Source: Meyerozyma guilliermondii | Lineage: Eukaryota | DNA: 64,000 nt | Direction: 5' to 3' | Assembly (NCBI GenBank): GCA_051546255.1 | Contig: CP128816.1 | Coordinates: 248,001 to 312,000, forward strand | Shown: positions 1 to 11,800 of the stretch, one piece after another | Layout: each line of letters starts with the position of its first letter | Position numbering within the stretch: position 1 is the first letter of the stretch | Position numbers and translations under genes: made by a program | The notes under the pieces: generated by a model | Seen by the model: the letters and a program-made list of their open reading frames with translations, nothing else | What the model was told of the DNA's origin: nothing | Databases searched by the model: none

Positions 1-693
1 CTTCCACCACCTCCAGAGGACTTTAAGCTTCCCAAGACAAGATTTATTAAGGATTTCATCCAAATAAACTTGGCCATGATGGCCACCAACAACGCTTTGG
101 TCCCCGATGAGGAGAAACAGGATGATCTTGCATCGGAGGCATGGGAATGGCCCACTCTCCACGCCGGTATCCGTATGTGTGGATGGGGACCAGACAAGCC
201 CAAATACTACATGATTGGATCTCCCGCTACAACTTGGCCCTCTACAGTCGGAGTGTTGGCATTCTTCTTTGTTGTTCTTTACTACTTGATACGTTGGCAA
301 AGACAAATTGAAGACTTCCCACGGACTAGAAAACTTCAGTTAAGACAATTTGTTATGGGAGGAATCTACCCCATGTTAGGATGGGGTCTTCATTTTGCAC
401 CATTTGTGATTATGGGAAGAGTTACCTACGTGCATCACTATGTTCCCGCATTGTACTTTGCAATGCTTGTTTTCTGCTACGAGTTTGAACTGTTCACAGA
501 GCCTTTGCGCAAATCAAGAAACTTGATTTGGAGATTGGTTTACTGGGCCATTGTCATTGGCTGTTACATTGCTGTTGTCGGTGTCTTTTGGCACTGGCGC
601 CACATCGCCTTTGGTCTTCTTGGAGACAAAGAGCAATATGCCTACCTCGATCTCTTGCCATCCTGGAGGATTGGCAACGACAATTACCGTTGA
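1..693 (+). CDS. PMT2: Dolichyl-phosphate-mannose protein O-mannosyltransferase, PMT2 subfamily (5'-partial)
   Basis: Frame is open from base 1 (LPPPPEDFKLPKTRFIKDFIQINLAMMATNNALVPD...). WEWPTL and RVTYVHHYVPALYF match the Pmt2-family C-terminus. A paralog such as PMT6 is not fully excluded. Confidence 0.85.
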   Translation, partial: LPPPPEDFKLPKTRFIKDFIQINLAMMATNNALVPDEEKQDDLASEAWEWPTLHAGIRMCGWGPDKPKYYMIGSPATTWPSTVGVLAFFFVVLYYLIRWQRQIEDFPRTRKLQLRQFVMGGIYPMLGWGLHFAPFVIMGRVTYVHHYVPALYFAMLVFCYEFELFTEPLRKSRNLIWRLVYWAIVIGCYIAVVGVFWHWRHIAFGLLGDKEQYAYLDLLPSWRIGNDNYR

Positions 694-817
694 TATAAAA
701 TACACATTACAGAGCGAACCTGGACTAAATCAACTGGGGTACAGGACATAGTGCGGGTGCACCGGTGTCCATTAGTAACACTTTCCTGACCAATCTCTCT
801 CTTCTGTATCAAACACC

Positions 818-1417
818 ATGTTTGCAAATGTAGCTAAACGACAAATTTTCCAAGTTTCCTTCTGCTCACGGTGTCTCCTACGCCAGAGGATACCACCACT
901 ATCATTTCGTGCCAATCTGACCCTGACAAGATCATTAAAACCTTCCTCATTTTCATTCCCCAGCAAAGATCAACCTGTGTCTGATTTCAACGTGACCAAG
1001 CTTACACATGGCAAGACAGACCTTGAAATAGCGCTTACGGAGAGAGCATCGAAAAAGTTGTGTCAAATTGCAAAAGAAGACAAGAATCCAAGAACAGCTT
1101 TACGCATACTTGTTGAAAGTGGAGGATGTCACGGATTCCAATACAATTTAAATTTGACTACTATAGACGACGCCGTAGCTGAAAATCCGGAAATGTTGGT
1201 TTTCCAGCGACAGACTGACGATGGTGTTGCAAATTTGGCTATCGATGAGTCCTCGCTCGAAATTCTTCAAGAGTCGAAAATCGACTATACAAAGGAGTTG
1301 ATAGGAAGCTCATTCAAGGTGGTTGAGTCGCCCTACACGTCCACCGAGTGTGGGTGCGGAGCATCGTTCGACTTTGACTTTGACAAGTTGGAGAAGAAAA
1401 AGCAACAGAAGAAATAG
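818..1417 (+). CDS. ISA2: Mitochondrial Fe-S cluster assembly A-type carrier
   Basis: Arg/Ser-rich presequence; ESGGCHGFQY and CGCGASF HesB/IscA motifs. Confidence 0.9.
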   Translation: MFANVAKRQIFQVSFCSRCLLRQRIPPLSFRANLTLTRSLKPSSFSFPSKDQPVSDFNVTKLTHGKTDLEIALTERASKKLCQIAKEDKNPRTALRILVESGGCHGFQYNLNLTTIDDAVAENPEMLVFQRQTDDGVANLAIDESSLEILQESKIDYTKELIGSSFKVVESPYTSTECGCGASFDFDFDKLEKKKQQKK

Positions 1418-1461
1418 TATATCATCTCCTAGTACATACACACTCTACATATCATTATACA

Positions 1462-3309
1462 TCAATTTGCCTTCAAGGCAAGGTTCTCAATGCCCTGGAT
1501 ACTGCGACTGGCATAGAAACGCACATCGACGTCTTCATCACTTTGCAATTTTTCCAACTTGGGAAGAATGTCGTTCGATACAATGGAAGAAGCATTGGGT
1601 TGACCACTGTTTGCAAAAGTTTCAGCCAAAACCAAGTACAATTTGGCCACATTGAATCGGATGTTGGGCACGGAATCGTTCACCAAATGGTTCACAAATG
1701 GTAAAATAGACGACACCACAATATCAAAGTCAACTACTGGAATAATTTTGGTGGCAGTGAACAAGCATGTCAAACGAATAACAAAGTTTGAGTAATCAAT
1801 TTGATCTTGATCATCTTGTGACGATTCGGGAGAGTGCAACAACCGCGAGATAATCTCCCTATTGGCCCATTCCGAACCAAAAATGACTATGAGTTCTTTC
1901 AAGTTGTTGACGGCGGCATCACGAATAGCAAACACTGGGTCCCAGAGCCACAGCATACACAAGGAAAGGAGTTCCGAATTGAAAAATGACACTCCCAACT
2001 GGTCGGCGAGCTTGGGAATGTACTCAATAATTGCCAAACGAACACGCCATTTGGAATCTTGGGCCAATTCAGTTATGGCAGGAAGAAGGTGAGTGGACAA
2101 GAGACTGACTCCGATGGTAGAATTGACCACCGAGAGACTGGATATGACATTGAGACGTACTTCAGGAAACTCGTCTTTCAACATGACCAAAAAAATTGGT
2201 AAAAGTTGTTCGATGGTGGCTTCTTTTCCGAGTATGGGGGCCAACCCAGTGACTTTTGATGCCGCTGCTGCTCTGACAGCCTCATGAGGGTCTTCTGCCA
2301 ACTCCGCAACAACGGGAACGATTTTTTCCACTATGATAGAGCGTCCATCTGGAATATTAGCGAGGTATTCGCAAAAGTCAGGTAACTGACGAGCAATCGC
2401 CTTACGAACTTCACCCTCATTGTCCTTCATTAAAGACACGAATGGATCAACAAGCTTGGCGAGTTCAGCATCACCAAAGTTGGTTGCAAGTTTTCCAAAT
2501 CTGTCAGCTGCGGTGTAACGTACCCGCCAGGAAGCATCACCTATAAGGGCAAGAACAGAAGCCAAGAACTGAGAGTTGTGGCTATCGTCACCCAGTTCTC
2601 TGAAACGGGCCAATATGGCCACGAGAACATCCACCGATAAGAACTTGACCGAGTCTTGATCGTCCAGTACCAAATGGTGGAACATGGCCAGAATAACGTC
2701 CCAATCTGCGGGAAGAGCACCGTCCAATTTTTCAATGATGGCGGGTAAATTGGAAGCGGCAGCACGGCGCACCATAGGACTGTCATCTGTGAGTAATTTT
2801 AAGTATGTTTGGAGCAATTCATGGCGGGTTTCCTCGTTGACCCTACGAATGATTGACTTGAAAAGACCACAAGCAGCGACTTTTTTCAGAAACCAATTTC
2901 CCAGACTCAATGTTGATACCATGGGCAAGAAGATTCCATGGAGTTCTTCGTCGTTGAGTTCATCAGCAATCAAATTGAGTGAAACGATCGCCTTGTCACG
3001 AACTATTGGTTCTTCCATCGACACCAAAATCAACAAAATTTGTATCACTGGCTCACAATGCTGGTGGCCGCCCACCAAGGGCACGAAAGACCCCAATTTT
3101 GTACCAAGTTCAGCGAAAACTTCCTCTTCGTCATCCTGGGCAACGTCGTGAAGAAACGGGAGAAGCTCGTTTACGGTTCTTTCAGGACCCAATGCCATGG
3201 CAATGGTATCTACTTTTCGCATTGCTTGAACACGGTTCGCCACATCGTCGTGCTTTAGCTCATCCATTAGCAATGCTAATGGGTAGAGATCATCGTTGAA
3301 GTTGTCCAT
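1462..3309 (-). CDS. TPD3: PP2A scaffold (A) subunit, HEAT repeats
   Basis: LYPLALLMDELKHDDV, ALGPERT, KWRVRLAIIEYIP, VPNIRFNVAK. Confidence 0.97.
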   Translation of the reverse strand: MDNFNDDLYPLALLMDELKHDDVANRVQAMRKVDTIAMALGPERTVNELLPFLHDVAQDDEEEVFAELGTKLGSFVPLVGGHQHCEPVIQILLILVSMEEPIVRDKAIVSLNLIADELNDEELHGIFLPMVSTLSLGNWFLKKVAACGLFKSIIRRVNEETRHELLQTYLKLLTDDSPMVRRAAASNLPAIIEKLDGALPADWDVILAMFHHLVLDDQDSVKFLSVDVLVAILARFRELGDDSHNSQFLASVLALIGDASWRVRYTAADRFGKLATNFGDAELAKLVDPFVSLMKDNEGEVRKAIARQLPDFCEYLANIPDGRSIIVEKIVPVVAELAEDPHEAVRAAAASKVTGLAPILGKEATIEQLLPIFLVMLKDEFPEVRLNVISSLSVVNSTIGVSLLSTHLLPAITELAQDSKWRVRLAIIEYIPKLADQLGVSFFNSELLSLCMLWLWDPVFAIRDAAVNNLKELIVIFGSEWANREIISRLLHSPESSQDDQDQIDYSNFVIRLTCLFTATKIIPVVDFDIVVSSILPFVNHLVNDSVPNIRFNVAKLYLVLAETFANSGQPNASSIVSNDILPKLEKLQSDEDVDVRFYASRSIQGIENLALKAN

Positions 3310-4230
3310 GTTGCTGAGGGAGGATGCGGTGGTTGTTGAAAGTCACCGCCAGGCAGTGTGCAGGAAAAACTTATGGGACAAAGCTGCGAGAGACAAAATG
3401 GAAGCGGAGTCAGTAGGGGAGCAGATTTAGTTACATGAACCTAACCTGGGCCTAATCTGAGCCTACATGACAAATATACATAGAAAGATGTGAGCATATG
3501 TGAAAGTACATGAACATATTTTTGATTTTTAGTGAATCTGATTGGGATTGACTTTGAGACTATTGCGAGTTTTAGTGGTTTCAAGCTTTTTGGTTTCAAA
3601 GAATTGGGTTCAAGATTTTGTGGTTCAAGCTTTATTGTTTGAAAGAGAGACTTATGTGATTGGGATAACGTGGAAATCGTGAAATGAATGCCATTACAGC
3701 CTTCATTTGTGGGGTGCGTTAATTTGAGTTATAATGGTTGCGAATTGATAAGTTCTTCCGAGTAATTTATCAACGAAGAATTTTTCAAGAGAGTCATCCC
3801 GCAATAACAAAAGTTTCATACATTTATGCTGTGCATTATATCTTGAAGATAAATCACTGAAGGTGCTTAATTATTCTAGGTACCTCCAAAATGTGAAATC
3901 ACTTCTTTCGTATAAGTTGAGGTAATTCAACTACAATTGCACATTCCTCAAGATCATCCTGGAAAGGTTTCCCATACAGAATATCATTTCGCCAATGTTG
4001 CCGAATATGGTTGCGAATTGCAGCCACTGCTTTTCAGTTCTCGAAATGTGGTTTGACGAATGGTTTTGAATTTGAGTTCTAAGTTCAATCCCATTCTTAT
4101 TTCTGCCCTTAGCTTTCTGTTTCATGGCTTTCTGTTTCTTTTGCTCTGTGGTTTCCGTAACTTTTAATGGTCGGTTGTGGCTTTCGTCTTCGCAGTTTCC
4201 TGCACCCCACATCACATTCCCACGTTCACC

Positions 4231-5145
4231 ATGTCCCATCCCGACAACTTGGACGTTCTCGCCGCTCAAACGGTGCCCCAGGATGCTGCCGAGTACCACC
4301 AATTGATCCTGAAAGAGAAGCAAACGTTGAAATGTTCCATTGTTCCGGGTCAATTTTGCCAGTCGCTGAATGAGACAAACGACCAGGATTTCGACTATTT
4401 AACCCAGCATTTTGGCGTTGTGGGATCATGGGAAGAGACACTCCAGAAACTACACGCCCTAAACAGTGCTAGTGACGAAAAAACAACCTACAAAATCTTA
4501 TTCTTGGCTCGCCATGGTCAGGGTTTCCACAACGTCGCCCACGATATGTACGGCGACGACGCTTGGAATTCCCATTGGTCCAAATTGAACGGCAACGGAG
4601 ACATGGTATGGGGACCCGATCCAGAATTGACGGAATTGGGCATCCAGCAGGCACGAGACAACTGTGAGCAGTGGAAAAAAGAGGTTGCAAATGGATGTCC
4701 AATTCCCACAAGATTTTTTGTTTCGCCGCTCCGGCGGTCTGTGGACACTTTGATCTACACCTGGGAGTCTATAAGTGATCCAAAGACGCTGCATCCACTA
4801 ATTATGGAAAATCTTAGAGAAACCACCGGAGTTCATACATGCGACAAGAGATCGACTCGGTCGGAAATCGCCGAAAAATACGAAACACGAGGTTTTGTGA
4901 TTGAGCCGGGGTTCTCCGAGGAAGACGTTTACTACAAGCCGGATTACCGAGAGTCGGTTGGCGAGCACGCCGTACGAGTTAACCGGGCATTTCAGCAAAT
5001 TTTCACCTCCACTTCAGATCCGGTTCTCAGTCTCACCAGCCACTCAGGCACAATTCGCGCTCAGCTTTTGGTGTTAGGGCATCGGTCTTTTGCGGTAGGC
5101 ACAGGCGGCATTATCCCGGTGTTTGTTAAAGCCGAACAAACTTGA
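4231..5145 (+). CDS. Histidine phosphatase / phosphoglycerate mutase-like protein (PMU1-like)
   Basis: LARHGQGFHN, SPLRR, LRETTGVHTCDKR and SHSG motifs. First ATG is at 4231; the ORF track starts at a GTG. Confidence 0.85.
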   Translation: MSHPDNLDVLAAQTVPQDAAEYHQLILKEKQTLKCSIVPGQFCQSLNETNDQDFDYLTQHFGVVGSWEETLQKLHALNSASDEKTTYKILFLARHGQGFHNVAHDMYGDDAWNSHWSKLNGNGDMVWGPDPELTELGIQQARDNCEQWKKEVANGCPIPTRFFVSPLRRSVDTLIYTWESISDPKTLHPLIMENLRETTGVHTCDKRSTRSEIAEKYETRGFVIEPGFSEEDVYYKPDYRESVGEHAVRVNRAFQQIFTSTSDPVLSLTSHSGTIRAQLLVLGHRSFAVGTGGIIPVFVKAEQT

Positions 5146-5666
5146 CGTATGCGCTCGGTTGAAATTTTAACAATAGACGAAAATTGCTATAAATAAAAAT
5201 TGTATGAGTTTGGTTGAATTTCTGCACCTCAATTACACATGCTACAGACTCGCTTCGACTTACCTACACCTAAAAAGCTTGAAAATCAGCCACCGTTCCA
5301 TTGGTCCTCGTCCAGCCTAAATTCGGCGAGCACAGCGAATACGAGCGAAAATTATGTTCACTACTGCAGGCGATGAGATTTTTTTTCTCTTCATGCACGT
5401 CCTGCATCAATCCCCCAATCAGTGCATGCAGCACCTCGGCACGGCTGTCCTCAAATTCTCGCGAAACTTATTCGATAACTGAAATTGGCACATATTGTTT
5501 GTCTCAAAACCCCAGTCTTGGCGTCCGCGTTTTTTTCCCGCATAACCTAATTTTCTACCACCCAGCCACCACTTGTAATATCGTGTGCATTGTTACCAAT
5601 AAGCGGTTCGTGCATTCCTCACCTGCATTGATATGCATCAGCTGCGCCGAAATTGGGGGATCACCA

Positions 5667-5672
5667 CACGTG
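5667..5672. promoter_or_regulatory. E-box CACGTG (Pho4-type context CACGTGG) upstream of the SPX-domain gene
   Basis: CACCACACGTGGTG, about 345 bp upstream of ATG 6016. Confidence 0.35.
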
Positions 5673-6015
5673 GTGTTTGTGTGCACACCCAATATTGCAA
5701 TCGTTCGTGTGAGCAGCTGCTTGTTTCGGGTCGAGAAATATCGTGCGTTGCAGATCAGCACTACTTCGGGCGTTTGTTTCCTTAACGGTTTTACCATTCA
5801 CAGGTGGCCGGCACAGCGCCTATTTATGCAGGCTCATTTTTTGTGTCCTCTTATATCGCTAATTTTTATTTCATTGATAACCATCTCAGTAATTTCAGTC
5901 GAGGTTTTTCTGCGCAGCGCCAATAATCTACTTGTTATCAGTTTGTGACTCCCATATTGTTGAATCTCATCGATACTTCGACTAATCGTGTGCTGTTATA
6001 CCGCTTGGTAGAAGG

Positions 6016-8544
6016 ATGAAGTTTGGTCACAACTTTGATGACCTATCAATCCCTCAATGGCGTATACATAACCTAGACTATAACCACCTCAAAGGAGAGA
6101 TCCGCAAGCTCACAGACTCCCATGCCAATACCGAAGGGTTTCCGCCCCTTAAACGGAACTTACGACATTTAAATCGTGCTTTCGTGGAAGATTTCGACCG
6201 GGTTTCCTTGTTTGCAATCACCAAATATGGCGAGCTTTCTCGGCGTTTGGCATTCCAGGAGATGGCATTCTCTCTGATATTGCCCCGTGGATCAGTATCG
6301 GAAGATGGAACCTTGGATACTGCTTCCAATTCCGATATTCGGTCGGCTCGTCGCCGCAGTCTCGTGGAGGACCAAATCAAGGTGGACGAAATTTTGTACC
6401 AGTGTTACGAGTTGTCGGGAACAACCCAAGACCTCTCGAAATTCATCCTCATGCAGAAAATTGCATGCCGAAAGATCTTTAAAAAGTACCAGAAGTACGC
6501 CCAAAATAAGAAGAAAGCTCAAGCTTTTGTCGATAACCTCAAGGACTATTTGTACACCAACGAACACTCATTTTTCAACGTCGATCTCTCGTCGCTTACA
6601 CTCAAGCTTGCAGAGCTCATACGCTTGATCAAAGAACACCGGAGCCGGTTATGTGACGATTTGAAGTCCAAGTCTTACAGCCCGACATCGCTGATTGTTG
6701 CGTCCATGAATAAATTGGCTGCTACCAACCCTTCTCCTTTGCATGTTCAACAAAAATTTTCTAGTGCTGGCACAGAATTCGATTTGTTAACCTGTGTTAA
6801 AAAGAACTTTCACATTGATTGCATCATTCCCGACGAAACAAACTCGGTTAACGAAACGTTATTGAACTTGAACGTCAATTTGGGGCTTGATGTCGTCGAT
6901 GTCAACCAGGAAATTGCCTACATGTCTGTTTTGTTCCTTCAAAATTCCGATCGAATGGACGAAGATCCTTCCTATATCATATCTGACCATTCGCAAGACG
7001 TTTCCACCGTCGTAGCCCACACAGGCGGGCTTCGCAAGTACGCTTACTGCGTGCTTCCGAACGACGTTGTACAATACCTTTTGGACTATTTAAACTCAAA
7101 AACTGATAAATTGAAGGGATATTTCCACCACACCACTCTGAGCTTGCTCACAAAGCTCACGATTGAAACAATAATAAAGCAGAAACATACCCCGAAATGC
7201 AGGGTGGACTTTCAAAGACACCGGTACTGGATGCGGAAGGACATCGTACTCACACAAACACATAGCCATGACGAATCAACCCCTTCTTTGTTTGAGGGTA
7301 AAACGTACCAGGACGATTATTACATTACTTTGGACAAAAAAATTCAAACAACTACCGATGCTAGAAGCATTAACATCTTGGGAGAAGTTGTTGACGAAGC
7401 GGTGTTTGACATCTTCCCCTACGCTCACCTTATGGTTCATTCCAATGACTCGAATTTGTCGACTTTTGTCAACGATTTGCGTACTCCAATTGAAGACGGT
7501 ACTATAGGTCGGAGTTATTCGTCAAGTTTGTTGAGAAAGCTTCCGGTTAAGATTCAAGACTTACTCACGAACAATAACTCCTTGACTTTAGTGAAAAACT
7601 TGTCATTCTATCACTATATGCTTTCTTGCTACTTCAACATGGCCCTCGACCACCATCACATCAACAGTGAATATTCCAATTTGCTCAATTTGAACCTTCT
7701 CAAGAATTACGAGCAGGTGGAGAATTTCAAGAACCAGCGAAATGCAGAGAACAGACTATTAAAGAACAATTCACTTCAAGTGTTGCATCATCAAAACTCA
7801 TTAAAGTCATTTTCCGATTTGCACCCTCAACCACCAGCGCTCAAGAAAAACGATTCGATGCTAAGTATGGCAACCACCAAGGACGATTTGTCGATATTCA
7901 CCCATGATTATCTGGGACGTCATGGACTGTTGGAAGAGCTCGTTTCTGATGAAGACAGCACCAATGAGGAAGAGGACAATAATTACCTGCATTACTTGAA
8001 GTTGCACATACATCGGAATAACGACGAGTCGATAATCGGCGACTTTATTCTCCGCATGCTTCGATTCAAAAAGAGAGCGTTGTCCAAGCTCACTTTTTCG
8101 TCCAATAAAGGACGCAGAGAATACGAAATTCTTAGTGACGACCTCGAGCGCAATTATGGCTCCACCCACGACAACGACATGTCTGTGGGTCAGCGGAACT
8201 TGCGTCGAATCTTCGAGGAGGATTTTGATCACACGTTGTCATATTTTTACTTCTCCCTTTTTTTCATATCATTATTCGTATCCGGAGTGGAACTCGGAAT
8301 TATCTACAGTCTACTTGGAGCCCAGGACGAAGACTCCAAATTACTCATGTCGAAAAACCTTTTGGTTGTTCTCGTATTGCTCTTGGGGTTGTTTGTATCA
8401 TTAATATTCGGCATGATTAGCATTAATCTCAACCTCCAGCGATACTACCCTCTAACGTCACACACTGTGATTCTATGGCTGGGATTTGCAGTGGTTGCAT
8501 TCGCCAGCATCTGGTGTGTGATTGTTATCATGGAACAACGCTAA
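6016..8544 (+). CDS. VTC5: SPX-domain vacuolar membrane protein, Vtc5-like
   Basis: N-terminal SPX signature (MKFG...IPQW...LDYNHLK; KIFKKYQK), a long middle domain and 3 C-terminal transmembrane segments. Confidence 0.75.
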   Translation: MKFGHNFDDLSIPQWRIHNLDYNHLKGEIRKLTDSHANTEGFPPLKRNLRHLNRAFVEDFDRVSLFAITKYGELSRRLAFQEMAFSLILPRGSVSEDGTLDTASNSDIRSARRRSLVEDQIKVDEILYQCYELSGTTQDLSKFILMQKIACRKIFKKYQKYAQNKKKAQAFVDNLKDYLYTNEHSFFNVDLSSLTLKLAELIRLIKEHRSRLCDDLKSKSYSPTSLIVASMNKLAATNPSPLHVQQKFSSAGTEFDLLTCVKKNFHIDCIIPDETNSVNETLLNLNVNLGLDVVDVNQEIAYMSVLFLQNSDRMDEDPSYIISDHSQDVSTVVAHTGGLRKYAYCVLPNDVVQYLLDYLNSKTDKLKGYFHHTTLSLLTKLTIETIIKQKHTPKCRVDFQRHRYWMRKDIVLTQTHSHDESTPSLFEGKTYQDDYYITLDKKIQTTTDARSINILGEVVDEAVFDIFPYAHLMVHSNDSNLSTFVNDLRTPIEDGTIGRSYSSSLLRKLPVKIQDLLTNNNSLTLVKNLSFYHYMLSCYFNMALDHHHINSEYSNLLNLNLLKNYEQVENFKNQRNAENRLLKNNSLQVLHHQNSLKSFSDLHPQPPALKKNDSMLSMATTKDDLSIFTHDYLGRHGLLEELVSDEDSTNEEEDNNYLHYLKLHIHRNNDESIIGDFILRMLRFKKRALSKLTFSSNKGRREYEILSDDLERNYGSTHDNDMSVGQRNLRRIFEEDFDHTLSYFYFSLFFISLFVSGVELGIIYSLLGAQDEDSKLLMSKNLLVVLVLLLGLFVSLIFGMISINLNLQRYYPLTSHTVILWLGFAVVAFASIWCVIVIMEQR

Positions 8545-8705
8545 CATAGACCTATAATAAACTATTTATCATTGTATTCTCATGGATTTACGATTTTCGC
8601 CATTTCTTATGAAATTACGATTTCGCCATTTTCTCGCTACATCACATCACATTGAGCCATGCTCACTCAATTGCATTTGCAACCATTTGTGCCGACCTGC
8701 ATACG

Positions 8706-8760
8706 CACGTGGCAGCTGCCAATCAAGCGCCGGCCGCATAGATTATGGGTCGGCACGTGA
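8706..8760. promoter_or_regulatory. Two CACGTG boxes (Cbf1-type) upstream of the sulfite reductase gene
   Basis: CACGTG at 8706-8711 and GCACGTGA at 8753-8760 (TCACGTG on the minus strand), 95-150 bp upstream of the MET5 ATG. Confidence 0.65.
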
Positions 8761-8854
8761 GATGATTCAACCTGGTCCTGCAGGCTCTCCATTTAGGGTT
8801 TATTATATCTGGCTTTCACAACCATTTTTTTGCAGTATCTCAACGCTTGATATA

Positions 8855-11800
8855 ATGACGTCGCAGACGGATGCTATATCTCACGTTGTGAACAAGGTAT
8901 GGGGACCGGTGTTTGTGACCCAACCTGCAAAGTCGGTTCCTTCTGCTTTTTCCAAATATTTTCCAAAAGCCAACTTTTTGATTTCTGCTAATGACCCATT
9001 TGCAGCGGTTGCAGATTCGGTTTCGTCCGAAGGTGACGAGGAAGAGCTTACCACGGTAACTACGGATGGCGTGACGCTTTTCAAAAATCTCCCATTTTTT
9101 TCGTCATCAGTCTTCTCTTCCTCCAAAATCGTGGTCCATGTGGAGATTGCTAACTTTGACTTTTCTCTTGTCACGGCACTCCGTGATTTGGAGTTCCCAG
9201 TGTTGGTGTCGCAGAACGCTGCTGAGAGTCTTCTGTTCTCCAAAACTGCCTACAATTTGGCTTCAAAACTCAACAAAACAGTGTTCCATTTCTTTGCACC
9301 TTCGCAGTACAAGACCAACGAGTCGGTCAAGTTGACGAACGACGATATTTTTGTAAACTTGGACTCGTCCGATGTGTTGGAGATTGCCGCAGCTTGTGAC
9401 GTGAAGCCATTTGAGGCCGCCAACAAGGTTTCCAAGCCAAAAGATGCCATTCTCTTCTTGGGACAGCTCAATGACGAACTCATATCTGCCGCTACCAAAA
9501 ACAATGCATTGATAATATCGATCAAGATCTACAAGCCATTTGACTTGCAGCAGTTGCTCTCAACGGTTCCCTCTTCAGTCGAGACGTTATCTGTGGTCAT
9601 CCAGTCAACTACGTCTTCGTCATATTCTCCTTTGCTTCTTGACTTTTTCCAGGAGTACTCCAAGTTTCAGCCAATCAAAAACTTCACAAAGATCGTCACC
9701 GCCACCTTGGGCTACCTCACAAGTGATAAATACGACCAGGCAGTAGACAACTTGATCAAAAATGTCCAATCATCGAGCCCTGTCCAAGGATTGGCATTTG
9801 GCAAGCTCAACACAGAATTGACCACCAAGTCTTCCAAGCAGCGTTCAGAAGAACACTCGAAATCTGTTAAGGACGCTATTCAATTGGAACAGGCATACTT
9901 GAAGGTCTTGCAACAAGTAAACGACTCGAACATGAACGTCTTGAATGAATTCAATGCTAAGGACATCGGACAGCTGAACCCTGAGTTTGGATTCGGGTTA
10001 TTTATTTCGACCCAGGAAAAGTTAGCTGCTCTTACAGAACTCATACAATCTGCTGTGCGTAGGAACAGCTTCAAGTCGTTGGACAACAATAAGTTAGTCG
10101 ACTTGTTATCCAAGTGGTTGATTGCACAACGTGATGGTTCATCAAACACCGCTGCTTTGGCATCAGAGATAATTCCATTGCTCGAGTCAGACAGTTCAGA
10201 TTACGCAGCCAAGATTTTGGAAAACAAAGAGTATCTTTCTCTCAAATCCAACTGGTTGATTGGCTCGGACTCGTGGTCCTACGATCTCGGTTCATCTGGT
10301 GTGCACAACTTGATAAGTTCAGGTAAGAATATCAACATGTTGGTCATTGACTCGGAACCATACCAAGAGAAGAGCCAAGGTAAAACACTCAATGGTTTCA
10401 GAAAGAAGGACGTTGGTTTATACGCCATGAACTATGGTGGCTGTTATGTTGCTTCCGTTGCCATTTACTCCTCTTATACCCAAGTTATCCAAGCGTTCAT
10501 TGAGGCTGAAAAGTTTAACGGTCCTTCTATTGTGTTGGCTTACTTGCCGTACAACAGTGAGGCAGATGACACCTTGACCATTTTGCAAGAAACCAAGAAG
10601 GCAGTTGACACTGGATATTGGCCATTGTACAGGTACGATCCCGAAGACAAGAAAGAAGCGTTCAAATTGGACTCGTCCAACTTGAGAAACCAATTGAGAG
10701 AATTCTTGGATCGTGAGAATCGTTTAAGTTTATTGACTGCCAAGGATCCTCTTTTGTCAAGAAACTTGACATCCAATGCTAACACGGAGTCTCGCAAACA
10801 CCAAGAAAAGGTTGCTGACGAGTCGTTTGCCAAGCTTCTTCATGGCTTGCTGGGTCCTCCATTAACCGTTGCTTTTGCGTCTGATGGTGGTAATGCCGAG
10901 AGCGTTGCAAAGAAGATTAACAGACAAGCCATTGGCAGAGGATTGAAGTCCATTGTGTTGGCTATGGACGACTTGTCGATCGAAGACTTGCCTGTCGAGA
11001 CCAATATTGTGTTCATTACTTCTACCTCCGGACAGGGTGAATTCCCCACCAACGGTAAGATGTTCTGGGATGCCTTAAAAGGTGCCAATGATATCGATTT
11101 ATCTGGTATCAAGTTCTCCGTTTTCGGGTTGGGAGATTCCGAATATTGGCCCAGAAAGGAAGACAAGCACTACTACAACAAGCCTGCCAAAGACTTGCAT
11201 GCCAAGTTGGTTTTCTATGGCGGTGTAGAGCTTGTTGAACTTGGCTTAGGAGATGACCAGGACGCTGATGGCTACAATACTGGTTTCAAAGAATGGGAGC
11301 AAAAGTTGTGGAAGGCTTTAGGAGTTGACAATGTGGAGGGAGTTGAAGAACCAAAGCCCTTAACCAACGAAGACATGAAGATCGGATCGAACTTCCTTCG
11401 TGGAACCATCGCCGAGGGTTTGCAAGATCAATCTACTGGAGCCATCAGTGCAGTTGACCAGCAGTTGACCAAGTTCCACGGTATTTACATGCAAGACGAT
11501 AGGGACATCAGAGACGAGAGGAAAGCTCAAGGTAAAGAACCTGCTTATGCCTTTATGGTTCGTCTTAGATTACCAGGAGGCTCGGCTACTCCTCAACAGT
11601 ACATCAAGTTGGACGATTTGGCCGATGAGAGAGGTAACGGAACCTTAAAATTGACTACAAGAGCCACCTTCCAATTGCATGGTATAGTGAAGCATAACTT
11701 GAAGCCTGCCATTCGTGGCATGAACTCTGCGTTGTTGGACACTTTGGCTGCTTGTGGTGATGTTAACAGAAATGTGATGGTTTCTGCTATTCCCCACAAT

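Noticed and set aside
3577..3633. GGTT(T)CAAG repeats upstream of TPD3
   Set aside because: Short, irregular, low-complexity; no spacer structure.
5301..5948. 215-aa ORF upstream of VTC5
   Set aside because: TTG start, Cys/Ile-rich composition with no recognisable motif, and it overlaps promoter motifs; likely spurious.
8582..8854. 91-aa N-terminal extension of Met5
   Set aside because: Begins 37 bp after the VTC5 stop and contains the CACGTG boxes; reads as promoter DNA.
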